The position numbers and the translations under genes are program-made. A stretch of DNA of 64,000 bases from an uncultured delta proteobacterium (lineage in GTDB: Bacteria > Myxococcota > Kuafuiibacteriia > Kuafuiibacteriales > Kuafuiibacteriaceae), in NCBI GenBank assembly GCA_963803435.1, contig CAWDML010000001.1:1088001-1152000 (forward strand), given 5' to 3'. The notes beneath the pieces were generated by a model that did not search any database, had not been told where the DNA came from, and saw nothing but the letters and a program-made list of their open reading frames with translations. Positions 19,745-27,870 of the stretch are shown here, piece after piece; within the stretch, counting starts at the first letter, position 1; every line of letters starts with the position of its first letter.

Positions 19745-21297
19745 GAGAGAACCCGGAGCCCCGTGAGCTTCTCTTGCCGCAGGTCGTCGGCCTTCTTGCG
19801 GTGGCCCTCGCGATGGCGCGCCGATTTCTCCGGCGTCCGCTGCCCGCGCCAGCCGAAGAACCGCTCGTCGCGATAGCGCTCGATCCGCTCGGCGCCGTCG
19901 CCCATCGCGCGCATGCCGCCGAGGATCCCCCGGAGCATCTTCGACTTGAGGTACTTCTTGAGCGTGAACTCCAGGCCGAGATCGTACTCTGTGTGCATCA
20001 GCGACTCGACGATGCGGTAGTAGCCCCGCGAGTAAGGAGACTTCCAGATCACGCCGTCGGGATCGTGCTCGGACCACTTCTGATCCTCGAGCAGCATGTC
20101 CTTCACCAGCGAGAAGAACTCGGTCCCGGGCATGGGCATGGCCACGCTGGTGGAATAGTCGACCGGCTGGATCTCACGGATCAGCTCGATCGTCTTCTCG
20201 ATGTCGTCCCACTCCTCGCCCGGGTAGCCCATCAGGACGTAGCCCCCCATCGCGATGCCGAGCGTATGCATGGCGGCCGCGACCCGGCGCGCGTCCGCGA
20301 CCGTGGTGCCCTTCTTCATGCCGTCGAGAACGCGCTGGGAGCCGCTCTCGAAGCCGAAGTTGATCCGCTCGCAGCCGGCACGACGCATCAACGCCAGGAG
20401 ATCGTGATCGACGAGGTCGACGCGCGCGAGACACTCCCACCTCACGCGCACTCCGCGGGCCGCGATCTCCTCGCAGAACGCCTCCACCCACTCGCGCCGC
20501 ACCACGAAGGTGTCGTCGAAGAGCCAGAGGTGATCGATGCCGTAGCGCTCGGCGAGGTGCTGGATCTCGTCGACGGCCCGTGACGGACCGTACTGGCGGT
20601 AGCGACGCCCGAAGATGGGCCGCGCGCACCAAGCGCACGAGAACGGGCAGCCCCGCGAGGTCATGAACTGGATCGAGGCGTAGCCATGCACACGCCGCCA
20701 CTCGGCGACATAGCGGTCGAGATCGACGAGGTCGTAGGCGGGCGTGGGCAGGTCGTCCATGGTCTTCGACGCCGGCCGGTCCGACGCCCGCGCGAGGCGC
20801 GCCTCGCGATCGAGAAAGGACACGCCGGCGATCCCGCGGAGGGCCTCGTCGGCCGCAGGGATCGGCTCGGAGGTCTCCTTCGGACGGACGCGGTAGGCGT
20901 CGAGCAGCTCGAGGATGGCCACCTCGCCCTCGCCCCGGACCACGGCGTCGACCCCGCCCCCGAGGTACTCCTCGTCGTAGATCGAAGGATCGGGCCCTCC
21001 GGCGAACACGGTGACCCCGCGCTCCTTGAAGTGCCGGATCGTCTCGAGCGCGTCGTCGCGGAAGCTGTTCATCGCGAAGATGCCCGCGACCCGAGGGCGC
21101 GCCGCGCGCTCGAGATGCTCGAGGATGCGCTCGGTCGAATCGGCGAAGGTGCCGTCGTAGATCTCGACCGAGTAGCCGCGATCGCGGAGCACTGCGCCCA
21201 GATACATGAGGCCGAGCGGCGGATAGGGCCGGTACGACGCCCGTCGCGGTTCGTGGCGCGTCAGGACGTACGGGTTCACCAGCAGTACGTCGACCAT
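19741..21297 (-). CDS. Cobalamin-binding radical SAM protein
   Basis: YPPLGLMYLGA B12-binding domain; TSRGCPFSCAWC (CxxxCxxC); GFESGSQ. Confidence 0.9.
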   Translation of the reverse strand: MVDVLLVNPYVLTRHEPRRASYRPYPPLGLMYLGAVLRDRGYSVEIYDGTFADSTERILEHLERAARPRVAGIFAMNSFRDDALETIRHFKERGVTVFAGGPDPSIYDEEYLGGGVDAVVRGEGEVAILELLDAYRVRPKETSEPIPAADEALRGIAGVSFLDREARLARASDRPASKTMDDLPTPAYDLVDLDRYVAEWRRVHGYASIQFMTSRGCPFSCAWCARPIFGRRYRQYGPSRAVDEIQHLAERYGIDHLWLFDDTFVVRREWVEAFCEEIAARGVRVRWECLARVDLVDHDLLALMRRAGCERINFGFESGSQRVLDGMKKGTTVADARRVAAAMHTLGIAMGGYVLMGYPGEEWDDIEKTIELIREIQPVDYSTSVAMPMPGTEFFSLVKDMLLEDQKWSEHDPDGVIWKSPYSRGYYRIVESLMHTEYDLGLEFTLKKYLKSKMLRGILGGMRAMGDGAERIERYRDERFFGWRGQRTPEKSARHREGHRKKADDLRQEKLTGLRVLS

Positions 21298-21319
21298 GGC
21301 TTTCTGCTACCTTCAATGC

Positions 21320-22672
21320 GTGCCTCCCGTCGAGGGCAGCGGGCCGAAGACGCAGCTGGTCGGACGCGAGATCCACCTCGATCGACCGAAGCTGGTGGTC
21401 CTCACGGGGGCGCGCAAAGGTGAGGAGTTCCTCCTCAAGAACCCCGGCGCGCGCATCCTGATCGGGTCCGACCCCGGCTGCGAGCTGGTCCTTCCCGGGC
21501 TGGACGACCGGCACGCCGAGCTCGAGCTGGCCGCCGACGGATCGGGCGTTCGCGTCCTCGATCGATCGCGCGGCCGCACGCGGCTCAACGGCTCGCCGAT
21601 CAACGAGGCGGTCCTGGAACCGGGCGGGACCCTCGACCTCGACGGCACCGAGCTCCGCCTCCAGGACGGACAGGACACCATCACGATCCTGCCTTCCACG
21701 GCCGAGTGCTTTGGACCCGCCAAGGGCAGATCGCTCCAGATGCGCGAGGTCTTCGGCGTGCTCGAGGCGGTCGCCTCCACCAACGCCACCATTCTCCTGC
21801 TCGGCGAGACCGGCACCGGCAAAGACGTGGTCGCGCGCGCGATCCATCAGGCTTCGCCCCGCAAGCAGAGCAAGATGGTGACGCTCGACTGCGGCGCCAT
21901 CGCACCGACGCTGATCGAGTCGGAGCTCTTCGGCTACGAACGCGGCGCCTTCACCGGCGCCGAGGAGCAGCGCGCGGGCGCGTTCGAGCGGGCCACGGGC
22001 GGCACGCTCTTCCTCGACGAGATCGGCGAGCTCCCGGTCGACGTCCAGCCGAAGCTGCTGCGCGCCCTCGACGATCGCGAGATCCAGCGCGTGGGCGGAA
22101 GCCGGCCGCTCCCGATCGACGTGCGGATCCTGGCGGCCACCAAGCGTGATCTGGCGGAGGAGGTCCACCGCGGCCGTTTCCGCGAAGATCTCTACTTCCG
22201 GCTGGCCGTGGTCCCGCTGCTGCTGCCGCCCCTGCGCGATCGCCGCGAGGATGTTCCGCTGCTCATCGACCAGTTTCACCGTGCCTTCGAGGAGCGCACC
22301 GGACACCGGGCGCGCATCGATCCGAACGAGGTCCAGAGCCTCCTCGCCCACGACTGGCCCGGCAACGTCCGCGAGCTCAAGAACACCGTCGAGCGCGCGC
22401 TCTGGCTCGCGCAGACCGACGGCGGTGTCGCACGCTTCATGCTCCCGACGATGATCGGCACGGGAGCGTCGGCACCCGAGGCGACAGCACTCCCGCCGTT
22501 CGACGACGAGCGATCGTTCTCCGAGCACAAGACGGAGTGGGAGCAGGAGTTCGAGCGCAAGTATCTGGCCTGGCTCCTCGCACGCGCCGGCGGGAGCATC
22601 AGCAAGGCCTCACGACTGGCCAGCATGGATCGCAAGCACCTCCGGGGGCTGCTGCGGAAGCACGGGCTCTAG
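21320..22672 (+). CDS. FHA-domain sigma54-dependent enhancer-binding protein
   Basis: N-terminal FHA-like region; [36 protein letters not shown]-terminal HTH; start GTG 21320 or ATG 21296. Confidence 0.9.
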   Translation: MPPVEGSGPKTQLVGREIHLDRPKLVVLTGARKGEEFLLKNPGARILIGSDPGCELVLPGLDDRHAELELAADGSGVRVLDRSRGRTRLNGSPINEAVLEPGGTLDLDGTELRLQDGQDTITILPSTAECFGPAKGRSLQMREVFGVLEAVASTNATILLLGETGTGKDVVARAIHQASPRKQSKMVTLDCGAIAPTLIESELFGYERGAFTGAEEQRAGAFERATGGTLFLDEIGELPVDVQPKLLRALDDREIQRVGGSRPLPIDVRILAATKRDLAEEVHRGRFREDLYFRLAVVPLLLPPLRDRREDVPLLIDQFHRAFEERTGHRARIDPNEVQSLLAHDWPGNVRELKNTVERALWLAQTDGGVARFMLPTMIGTGASAPEATALPPFDDERSFSEHKTEWEQEFERKYLAWLLARAGGSISKASRLASMDRKHLRGLLRKHGL

Positions 22673-22701
22673 GAGCGTGTAGCGCGTAGCGCTACCGCGA
22701 G

Positions 22702-22736
22702 CCCGGTCCGGGTCCCGGTCCCGGTCCCGGTCCCGA
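22702..22736 (+). repeat. (CCCGGT)n hexamer tandem tract, left subterminal
   Basis: cccggt ccgggt cccggt cccggt cccggt cccgat. Confidence 0.85.
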
Positions 22737-22871
22737 TGGCGATCATGCAGCCCGGCGTGCGTTCATCGACTTGGAGCCGGTCCGAAAACCTCCGGACCGT
22801 TCCGCGTTTCCTGTTTCGCTCGTTCTGCTCATTCGCTATTCAAAGCGGCCGTTGTTGCATCGTGCTCGATC

Positions 22872-23381
22872 GCGCCCTGTGGAAACGCATTGAGCCGTTT
22901 ACTCCCGAAGCGAGGTCCAAGGCCGCGGGGAGGTCGCCCGCGGGTTGCGGATCGCGTCGTGATGGCAGGTATCGTCTATCGCCTTCGGACAGGGTGCCAG
23001 TGGAAGGCCCTGCCGCGCGAGTTCAGCTCCGGTTCGACGTGCCACAGTCGATTCGCGGCATGGTGCGCAGCAGGGATCTTCACCGGGATCTTCGCTGAGC
23101 TGCTGCGGTACTACGACAGGAGGCGCGGCATACAGTGGAAGTGGACTTCACTCGACAGCGCGATCGTCAAGGCTCCAAAAGGGGGGACCTGACCGGTCCG
23201 AACCCGACGGATCGAGCCAAGCGAGGCGTGAAGCGTCACGTGCTCACGGATGGTCGTGGTGTTCCGTTGGCGGTCGAGATCTCAGGCGCGAACGTGCACG
23301 ACAAGTGGCGGGTGGAGCAGACGCTCGACGGCGTCGTCCTACGGGGCTCCCGCGGTCCACGACGGCCGGAGCACCTCTGCC
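22872..23381 (+). pseudogene. IS5-family transposase fragments (N-terminal domain + DDE start), A4G6 slippery site at 23177-23186
   Basis: GGRPRVADRVVMAGIVYRLRTGCQWKALP...DSAIVKAPKGG, then in the -1 frame GPNPTDRAKRGVKRHVLTDGRGVPL; truncated by deletion. Confidence 0.85.
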
Positions 23382-23436
23382 TAAGTACACGCTTCGCAAA
23401 CTTGAGCAGTCGTTCTGCGATGTCATCGCCCTTCAT
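23382..23436 (-). pseudogene. 5' remnant of four-helix-bundle (Avd/23S-IVS-like) gene B
   Basis: MKGDDIAERLLKFAKRVL, identical to the start of the gene at 58427. Confidence 0.7.
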
Positions 23437-23967
23437 CGCCGGATCGAACAGCGAATGACAGAACGGCGAAACAGCAAACTGCGAACGGAACGGTTTCTGG
23501 ACCGGCTCTTGATGAGGCGCGTGAGCATCTCGACAACGCGCTTGAGCTTGGCTCTGGCGGCTTGGATCTTCTGCTCGTTGGCGAGTCGGCGCCTCAAGCA
23601 GGTGTGGAGTGAGGCGGCGCTTTCGGTGCCAGAGCGAAGTGCCATCCGGTAGAAGCGAGCCTTCTCAGGTGGATTGAACTCTCCGGCGCCTCGGCGGTGT
23701 TGTTCACGATGGAATCGGATGCCCGCCGAAGCTGATCGCGGACGTGAGCGTGACCGGGTTGCAGTTCTTGTGCGATCTCTTCAGCGATGTCGGCATACTC
23801 GACGGCGAGCTGGTAGACCTCGAGCTTCTCGTGATCGAGAGTGACCATGCAAGCTAGCTTGCGGTAGCTCGTCCACTTTGACCAGCAGAAGTTCTTGGAG
23901 GTCGTTTCGTCTGGAATCGATCGTTGGGCGGATCGACTTCGACGCCTGGACTTGATCCCATGGTTTC

Positions 23968-24709
23968 GTGGCGAAGCAATACCGTTCTTGGACTCCGAGA
24001 CAATCGTTCTTGCTCCCGCCGTCCCCTCTCGAGTGGCTCCCAGAAAATCATCTCGCGTACTTCGTCTTGGACGTCGTCGATGAGGTAGAGCTGAGCGCGA
24101 TCGAGATCTCGATCCAGTCCAAGGACCCGCGAGGCGAGCGACCGTACTCGCCTCGAATGATGATCGCGCTGCTTCTGTACGCCTACTGCACCGGCATCTA
24201 TTCGTCGCGGAGGATCGCGCGGGCGACCTACGAAGACATTCCATTCCGGGTGCTGGCTGGAGAAAGTCATCCCCACTTCACGACGATCAACGAGTTTCGG
24301 CTCGTCCACCTGGAGGCACTGAAAGCGCTCTTCCTCGAAGTCCTGAAGCTTTGCCAAAAAGCAGGTTTGGTGCGGCTCGGACACGTCGCACTCGATGGCT
24401 CGAAGGTGCAGGCGAACGCGAGCAAGCACAAGGCGATGACCTACGAGCGGATGGCCGAGGAGGAGAAGCGGCTGTCTCGCTCGCAAGCGAATGCGAGACA
24501 AGTTGCAAACGCGCGACGGCAAGGCGGTCTACCCCCGCAGGAAGAGTATCGTCGAACCGGCGCTCGGACAGATCAAAGGGGCACGAGGATTCCGCCGGTT
24601 CTCGCTACGCTCCTTCTTCAAGGTACGAGCCGAGTGGACGCTCGTCTGCCTCACCCACAACCTGCTCAAGCTCTACCGATCGAAGCTCGCGACCGTCGCG
24701 AGCGTCTGA
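23968..24709 (+). pseudogene. IS1182-family transposase with a large internal deletion (~24474)
   Basis: QSFLLPPSPLEWLPENHLAYFV...YSSRRIA...DGSKVQANASK joined to YPRRKSIVEPALGQIK...GFRRFSLR...HNLLKL. Confidence 0.85.
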
Positions 24710-24729
24710 CTCAAGGCAGCCATCTTCAG

Positions 24730-24785
24730 ATCGGGACCCGGACCGGGATCGGGACCCGTACCGGGACCGGGACCCGGACCGGGGT
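24730..24785 (+). repeat. (ACCGGG)n hexamer tandem tract, right subterminal (inverse of the left tract)
   Basis: atcggg acccgg accggg atcggg acccgt accggg accggg acccgg accggg. Confidence 0.85.
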
Positions 24786-24929
24786 CGCGTGAGCGCTTAC
24801 GCGCTACACGCTCCTAGGAGACTTGCTCCGAGAGAAGCGTGACAAGATGGACGACTCTTGGTGCTTCGAGCGACCGCTGGGGCTCGCAGTTTTTCAGGTG
24901 CGAGCCGACGGCAAGATCAGGACCGAGTC

Positions 24930-25093
24930 CGACAGGTGGAGCCGATCGCCCGCGAGATCGACGAGATCAGCCGGATGCTCTACAGATTCCGCACGAAGGT
25001 CGAGCAGGGAGCGTTGAGCACTCCGCGTGGGCGTTTCGATCCAGGACACGTGCAACGCGGAATAGCAAACGGGAACGGGTTTAGGACCGGTTC
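24930..25093 (+). pseudogene. Probable third four-helix-bundle C-terminal remnant ending in an IS5-like TIR
   Basis: QVEPIAREIDEISRMLYRFRTKV; GGGTTTAGGACCGGTTC resembles the TIR GGTTTCTGGACCGGCTC. Confidence 0.45.
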
Positions 25094-25467
25094 TTACCGG
25101 ACTGAGATCCGCTGATCAGCGCCGCTTCCAGCGCGGCCTGCAGCTCGTGGAGCGCGAACGGCTTGGCCAGGCGAGCGACGCTGGCGAGCGGGTTGGCGCG
25201 CAGGTTGAGCGCCGCCGAGATCACGATGACGGGCAGTTTGCGAAGCTTCCGGATCTGATCCACCGTTTCGCTACCGCCCATCCCCGGCATGTTCAGATCG
25301 ACGATCGCCACGTCGAAGGGCTGCGCGCCCACCAGCGCCAGCCCCTCCGACCCGGTGGCGGCGACCTCCGAGATGCAACCCAGCTTGTTCAGCTGGCGAG
25401 ACAGGGCCGACCGCACCAGCGGGTCGTCGTCGATGACCAGAATCCTGGCGCCGTCGAGGAGGCCCAT
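25081..25467 (-). CDS. Single-domain response regulator (REC)
   Basis: ILVIDDD...VDLNMPGMGG...ISA...LAKPF. Confidence 0.85.
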   Translation of the reverse strand: MGLLDGARILVIDDDPLVRSALSRQLNKLGCISEVAATGSEGLALVGAQPFDVAIVDLNMPGMGGSETVDQIRKLRKLPVIVISAALNLRANPLASVARLAKPFALHELQAALEAALISGSQSGKNRS

Positions 25468-25500
25468 CGTCCCCTCCCTGCATATCACAGCCCTCCGCGC

Positions 25501-27870
25501 TCAGGGGAGGCCTTCGAAGGGGTCGGGGATGGGGAGCTGGCCGGTACCCACGCGCGTCTGGTTGTCGAGGAAGAGCACCTCGCTGGTAAAGACCACCTCG
25601 AGATCGACCGGCTCGCGCGCTCTACCTTCGATCAACGTGCTCCCCGACTGCGCGTGCACGCCCACCCCGTTACGCATGATCAGCGTGCGATCGACGAGCG
25701 CACGGCTGGCGTCAAAGAAGGCGCCGACCGTGTCATTCGCGACCAACGACGACGACGCGACGGTGACAGTCGCCGACTCGGCGATCAGCCCGTGGCCGAA
25801 GCCGCCGTCCGAGAGCGCGCGGGTGCCCGCGATCAAGACCCCGTCGAGCCGGGTGCGACCGCCCCCGATGATGACGCCAACGCCCGCATTGCCGACCAGA
25901 GCGGTCCCCGCCAGCACGGTCGGGCCGCCTGCCACGATCCCGGCAGGCGTCACCGTATCCAGGGGCTGGGTATCGAGGACTGCGCTGCGGTCGATCGCGA
26001 GGGGCCCGTCGGCTGAGACGACGCCGAGACCCTCGACGCCCTGCACCCTGACCCGATCGAGGTCGAGGCGAGATCGCCCGCTGGCCGCGATCCCGATCCC
26101 GACCTGCGGCCCCGAACGGATGGGACCGATCAGCGCCTCCGCGATCGTGGCAGAGCTGGCGTCCCGAAGCAGCACGCCCTGCCCCTCGTAGTCGACGATC
26201 GCCGAGCGCTCCACGGTCGCCGAGCTGCCCTCGTGCAGATCGATCCCGCTGGCGTTCCGCCGGCCCGGGACCGGGAACCCCTGGATCAGCGTGTCCTCGA
26301 TCCGCGCCGACCCTCCGCGCTCGATCGACACGCCCGCGACCTCGTGGCCGGTCAGCAGGCTGGCCGACATGGTCAGCGCCCCGCCCTGCACGAAGACGCC
26401 GATGCTCCCCGGCCCCCCGGTGAGCCCCGAGTCGATGACCGTGACCTCGGCGTCCACGGCCACCACCCCGAGGACGACGTCCTCGATGCGCGCCCGTGTG
26501 AGCGAGATGAGCGCGGACTCGGCCGCGAACGCACCTCCGGAGAAGCCGGTGGAGTCGGGGCGCGTCGCCGCGATACGCGCGCCGGTCAGCTCTGCGTAAG
26601 TGCCCGCGCCATCGGCGAGGAGCGCGGCGCCGGTGGCGCGCACAATCGCGATCCCCACGGCCGTCAGCTCCGCGCCCGACTCGACCCGCACGCCCGCGTT
26701 GCCGGGCCCTGCGCCGATGTCGTGCACCGTGACGCCTTCGGCCATGACGGCGCTCCCTGCGCCAGAGACCAGGATGCCCTCGCCGATCGCGTCCGACAGG
26801 CTCGCGTCCGAGACGCGCGCGTCGCCTCCGGCGATCGCCACCAGGGCGAGGCCGCCGTTGCCGGCCCCCGAGGGCCTCACCCCGCGGATCACGCTCTGTT
26901 CGATGCGCAGGCGGGATCCGGCGCCGACCGCGATCGCTCCGACCTCCCGCACGTCGTCCACCTCGACCTCCACCAGGGCGAGCTGCGCCCCCTCCTCGAC
27001 GCTGGCGCCCCGACCGCGGCTCCCGTCCGCAGCGGATCGCACGCCCCGGATCACCGAGCGCTCCACCCGAACGTCGGCCGCGCCTCCGAGCGCCGTGACT
27101 CCGCCCAGGCTGGCGCCCTCGATCACGACCTCTCGAAGCGCGAGCGAGCCGCTCGCGACCACGCCGCCGGCCCCTCCCCGCAGCGTCACGCCGGTGATCG
27201 TTCCGGGCGCCGATGCGCGGACCACCGGCACCGTGGCGGTCTCGACGATCACCTGCTCGGCGCAGCGGCCGATCAGCGTCACCGGCCGATCGATCGCGAT
27301 GGGCTCGTGATACGTGCCGGCGTCGAGCGCGATGACCGCGCCGGACGCGGCCATCGCGAGCGCCTCCGCGAGGGTCGCCGGGCCCACGACGACGCTCGCG
27401 TCGGGCGGAGGAAACGGCGCGGCGCAGTCGCCGATGGGCGCGCAGCCCGGCTCGCCGAGGGCGGCTCGTGCGGCTCCGGTACACGCGGGCGCGACGACCT
27501 CGGCGCAGGCCCCGTCGTCGAGCGCGAACCCTAGCGGACAATCGAAAAAGCCGATCGGCAGGCATTCGGTCGACCCGAGCAGCGAGATCGTTCCAGCCGC
27601 GCACTCGGCCGCAAGCTCCGGGCGGCAGCCCCACTCCGAGCCGTCGCCGGTGAACGGCGGGGTGCAGGGGCCCGGGCCGACGGCGACGCAGGCAGCCTCG
27701 CCCAGCGCCGGCCGCCCGTGCGCGGGACAGGGCTGCTCGGGGACGATCCACGCGCACCGGCCCTCGTGCTCCGTCATGCCCTCGGGACACACGATCGGCG
27801 GCGGATCGATGACCGGCGGAGGCTCTCCTCCGCAGCCCGCGAGGATCACCAGGAAGAGGCGCCGTCTCAT
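25501..27870 (-). CDS. Lipoprotein with Cys-rich N-terminus and right-handed beta-helix repeats
   Basis: Lipobox LAGC; GTYHE...LIGRCAEQV; many G-rich parallel beta-helix repeats. Confidence 0.7.
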   Translation of the reverse strand: MRRRLFLVILAGCGGEPPPVIDPPPIVCPEGMTEHEGRCAWIVPEQPCPAHGRPALGEAACVAVGPGPCTPPFTGDGSEWGCRPELAAECAAGTISLLGSTECLPIGFFDCPLGFALDDGACAEVVAPACTGAARAALGEPGCAPIGDCAAPFPPPDASVVVGPATLAEALAMAASGAVIALDAGTYHEPIAIDRPVTLIGRCAEQVIVETATVPVVRASAPGTITGVTLRGGAGGVVASGSLALREVVIEGASLGGVTALGGAADVRVERSVIRGVRSAADGSRGRGASVEEGAQLALVEVEVDDVREVGAIAVGAGSRLRIEQSVIRGVRPSGAGNGGLALVAIAGGDARVSDASLSDAIGEGILVSGAGSAVMAEGVTVHDIGAGPGNAGVRVESGAELTAVGIAIVRATGAALLADGAGTYAELTGARIAATRPDSTGFSGGAFAAESALISLTRARIEDVVLGVVAVDAEVTVIDSGLTGGPGSIGVFVQGGALTMSASLLTGHEVAGVSIERGGSARIEDTLIQGFPVPGRRNASGIDLHEGSSATVERSAIVDYEGQGVLLRDASSATIAEALIGPIRSGPQVGIGIAASGRSRLDLDRVRVQGVEGLGVVSADGPLAIDRSAVLDTQPLDTVTPAGIVAGGPTVLAGTALVGNAGVGVIIGGGRTRLDGVLIAGTRALSDGGFGHGLIAESATVTVASSSLVANDTVGAFFDASRALVDRTLIMRNGVGVHAQSGSTLIEGRAREPVDLEVVFTSEVLFLDNQTRVGTGQLPIPDPFEGLP

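Larger units (their letters stand above)
22774..23508 (+). mobile_element. IS5-family element, deleted copy 1
   Basis: TIRs GAGCCGGTCCGAAAACC / GAGCCGGTCCAGAAACC; 3-bp TTG duplication (22771-22773, 23509-23511). Confidence 0.8.
22743..23848 (-). pseudogene. Four-helix-bundle (Avd/23S-IVS-like) gene A, interrupted by IS5 and frameshifted
   Basis: LDHEKLEVYQLA...DQLRRASDSIVNNTAE...EKARFYRMALRSGTE...MLTRLIK; removing the IS5 and one TTG copy restores KSMNARRAA-stop at 22743. Confidence 0.8.
22673..24813. mobile_element. IS1182-family element (internally deleted) carrying a four-helix-bundle gene, with a nested IS5 insertion
   Basis: Terminal IRs GAGCGTGTAGCGCGTA(A)GCGCT; CTAG at both flanks (22669-22672, 24814-24817); IS1182-type transposase inside. 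Confidence 0.75.

Noticed and set aside
21295-21298. Two divergent genes sharing overlapping ATGs in CCATGG
   Set aside because: The activator more plausibly starts at GTG 21320 behind a -10-like box; the overlap is likely an ORF-caller artefact
22702-24785. Hexamer tracts as a CRISPR array
   Set aside because: 6-bp tandem units without unique spacers; no cas genes
24820-24830. 11-bp GACTTGCTCCG found near both element copies (also ~59603-59613, minus strand)
   Set aside because: Short, at different offsets and next to different ends; may be chance
22743-25096. Diversity-generating retroelement suggested by the Avd-like genes
   Set aside because: No reverse transcriptase and no TR/VR pair differing at adenines seen in this window
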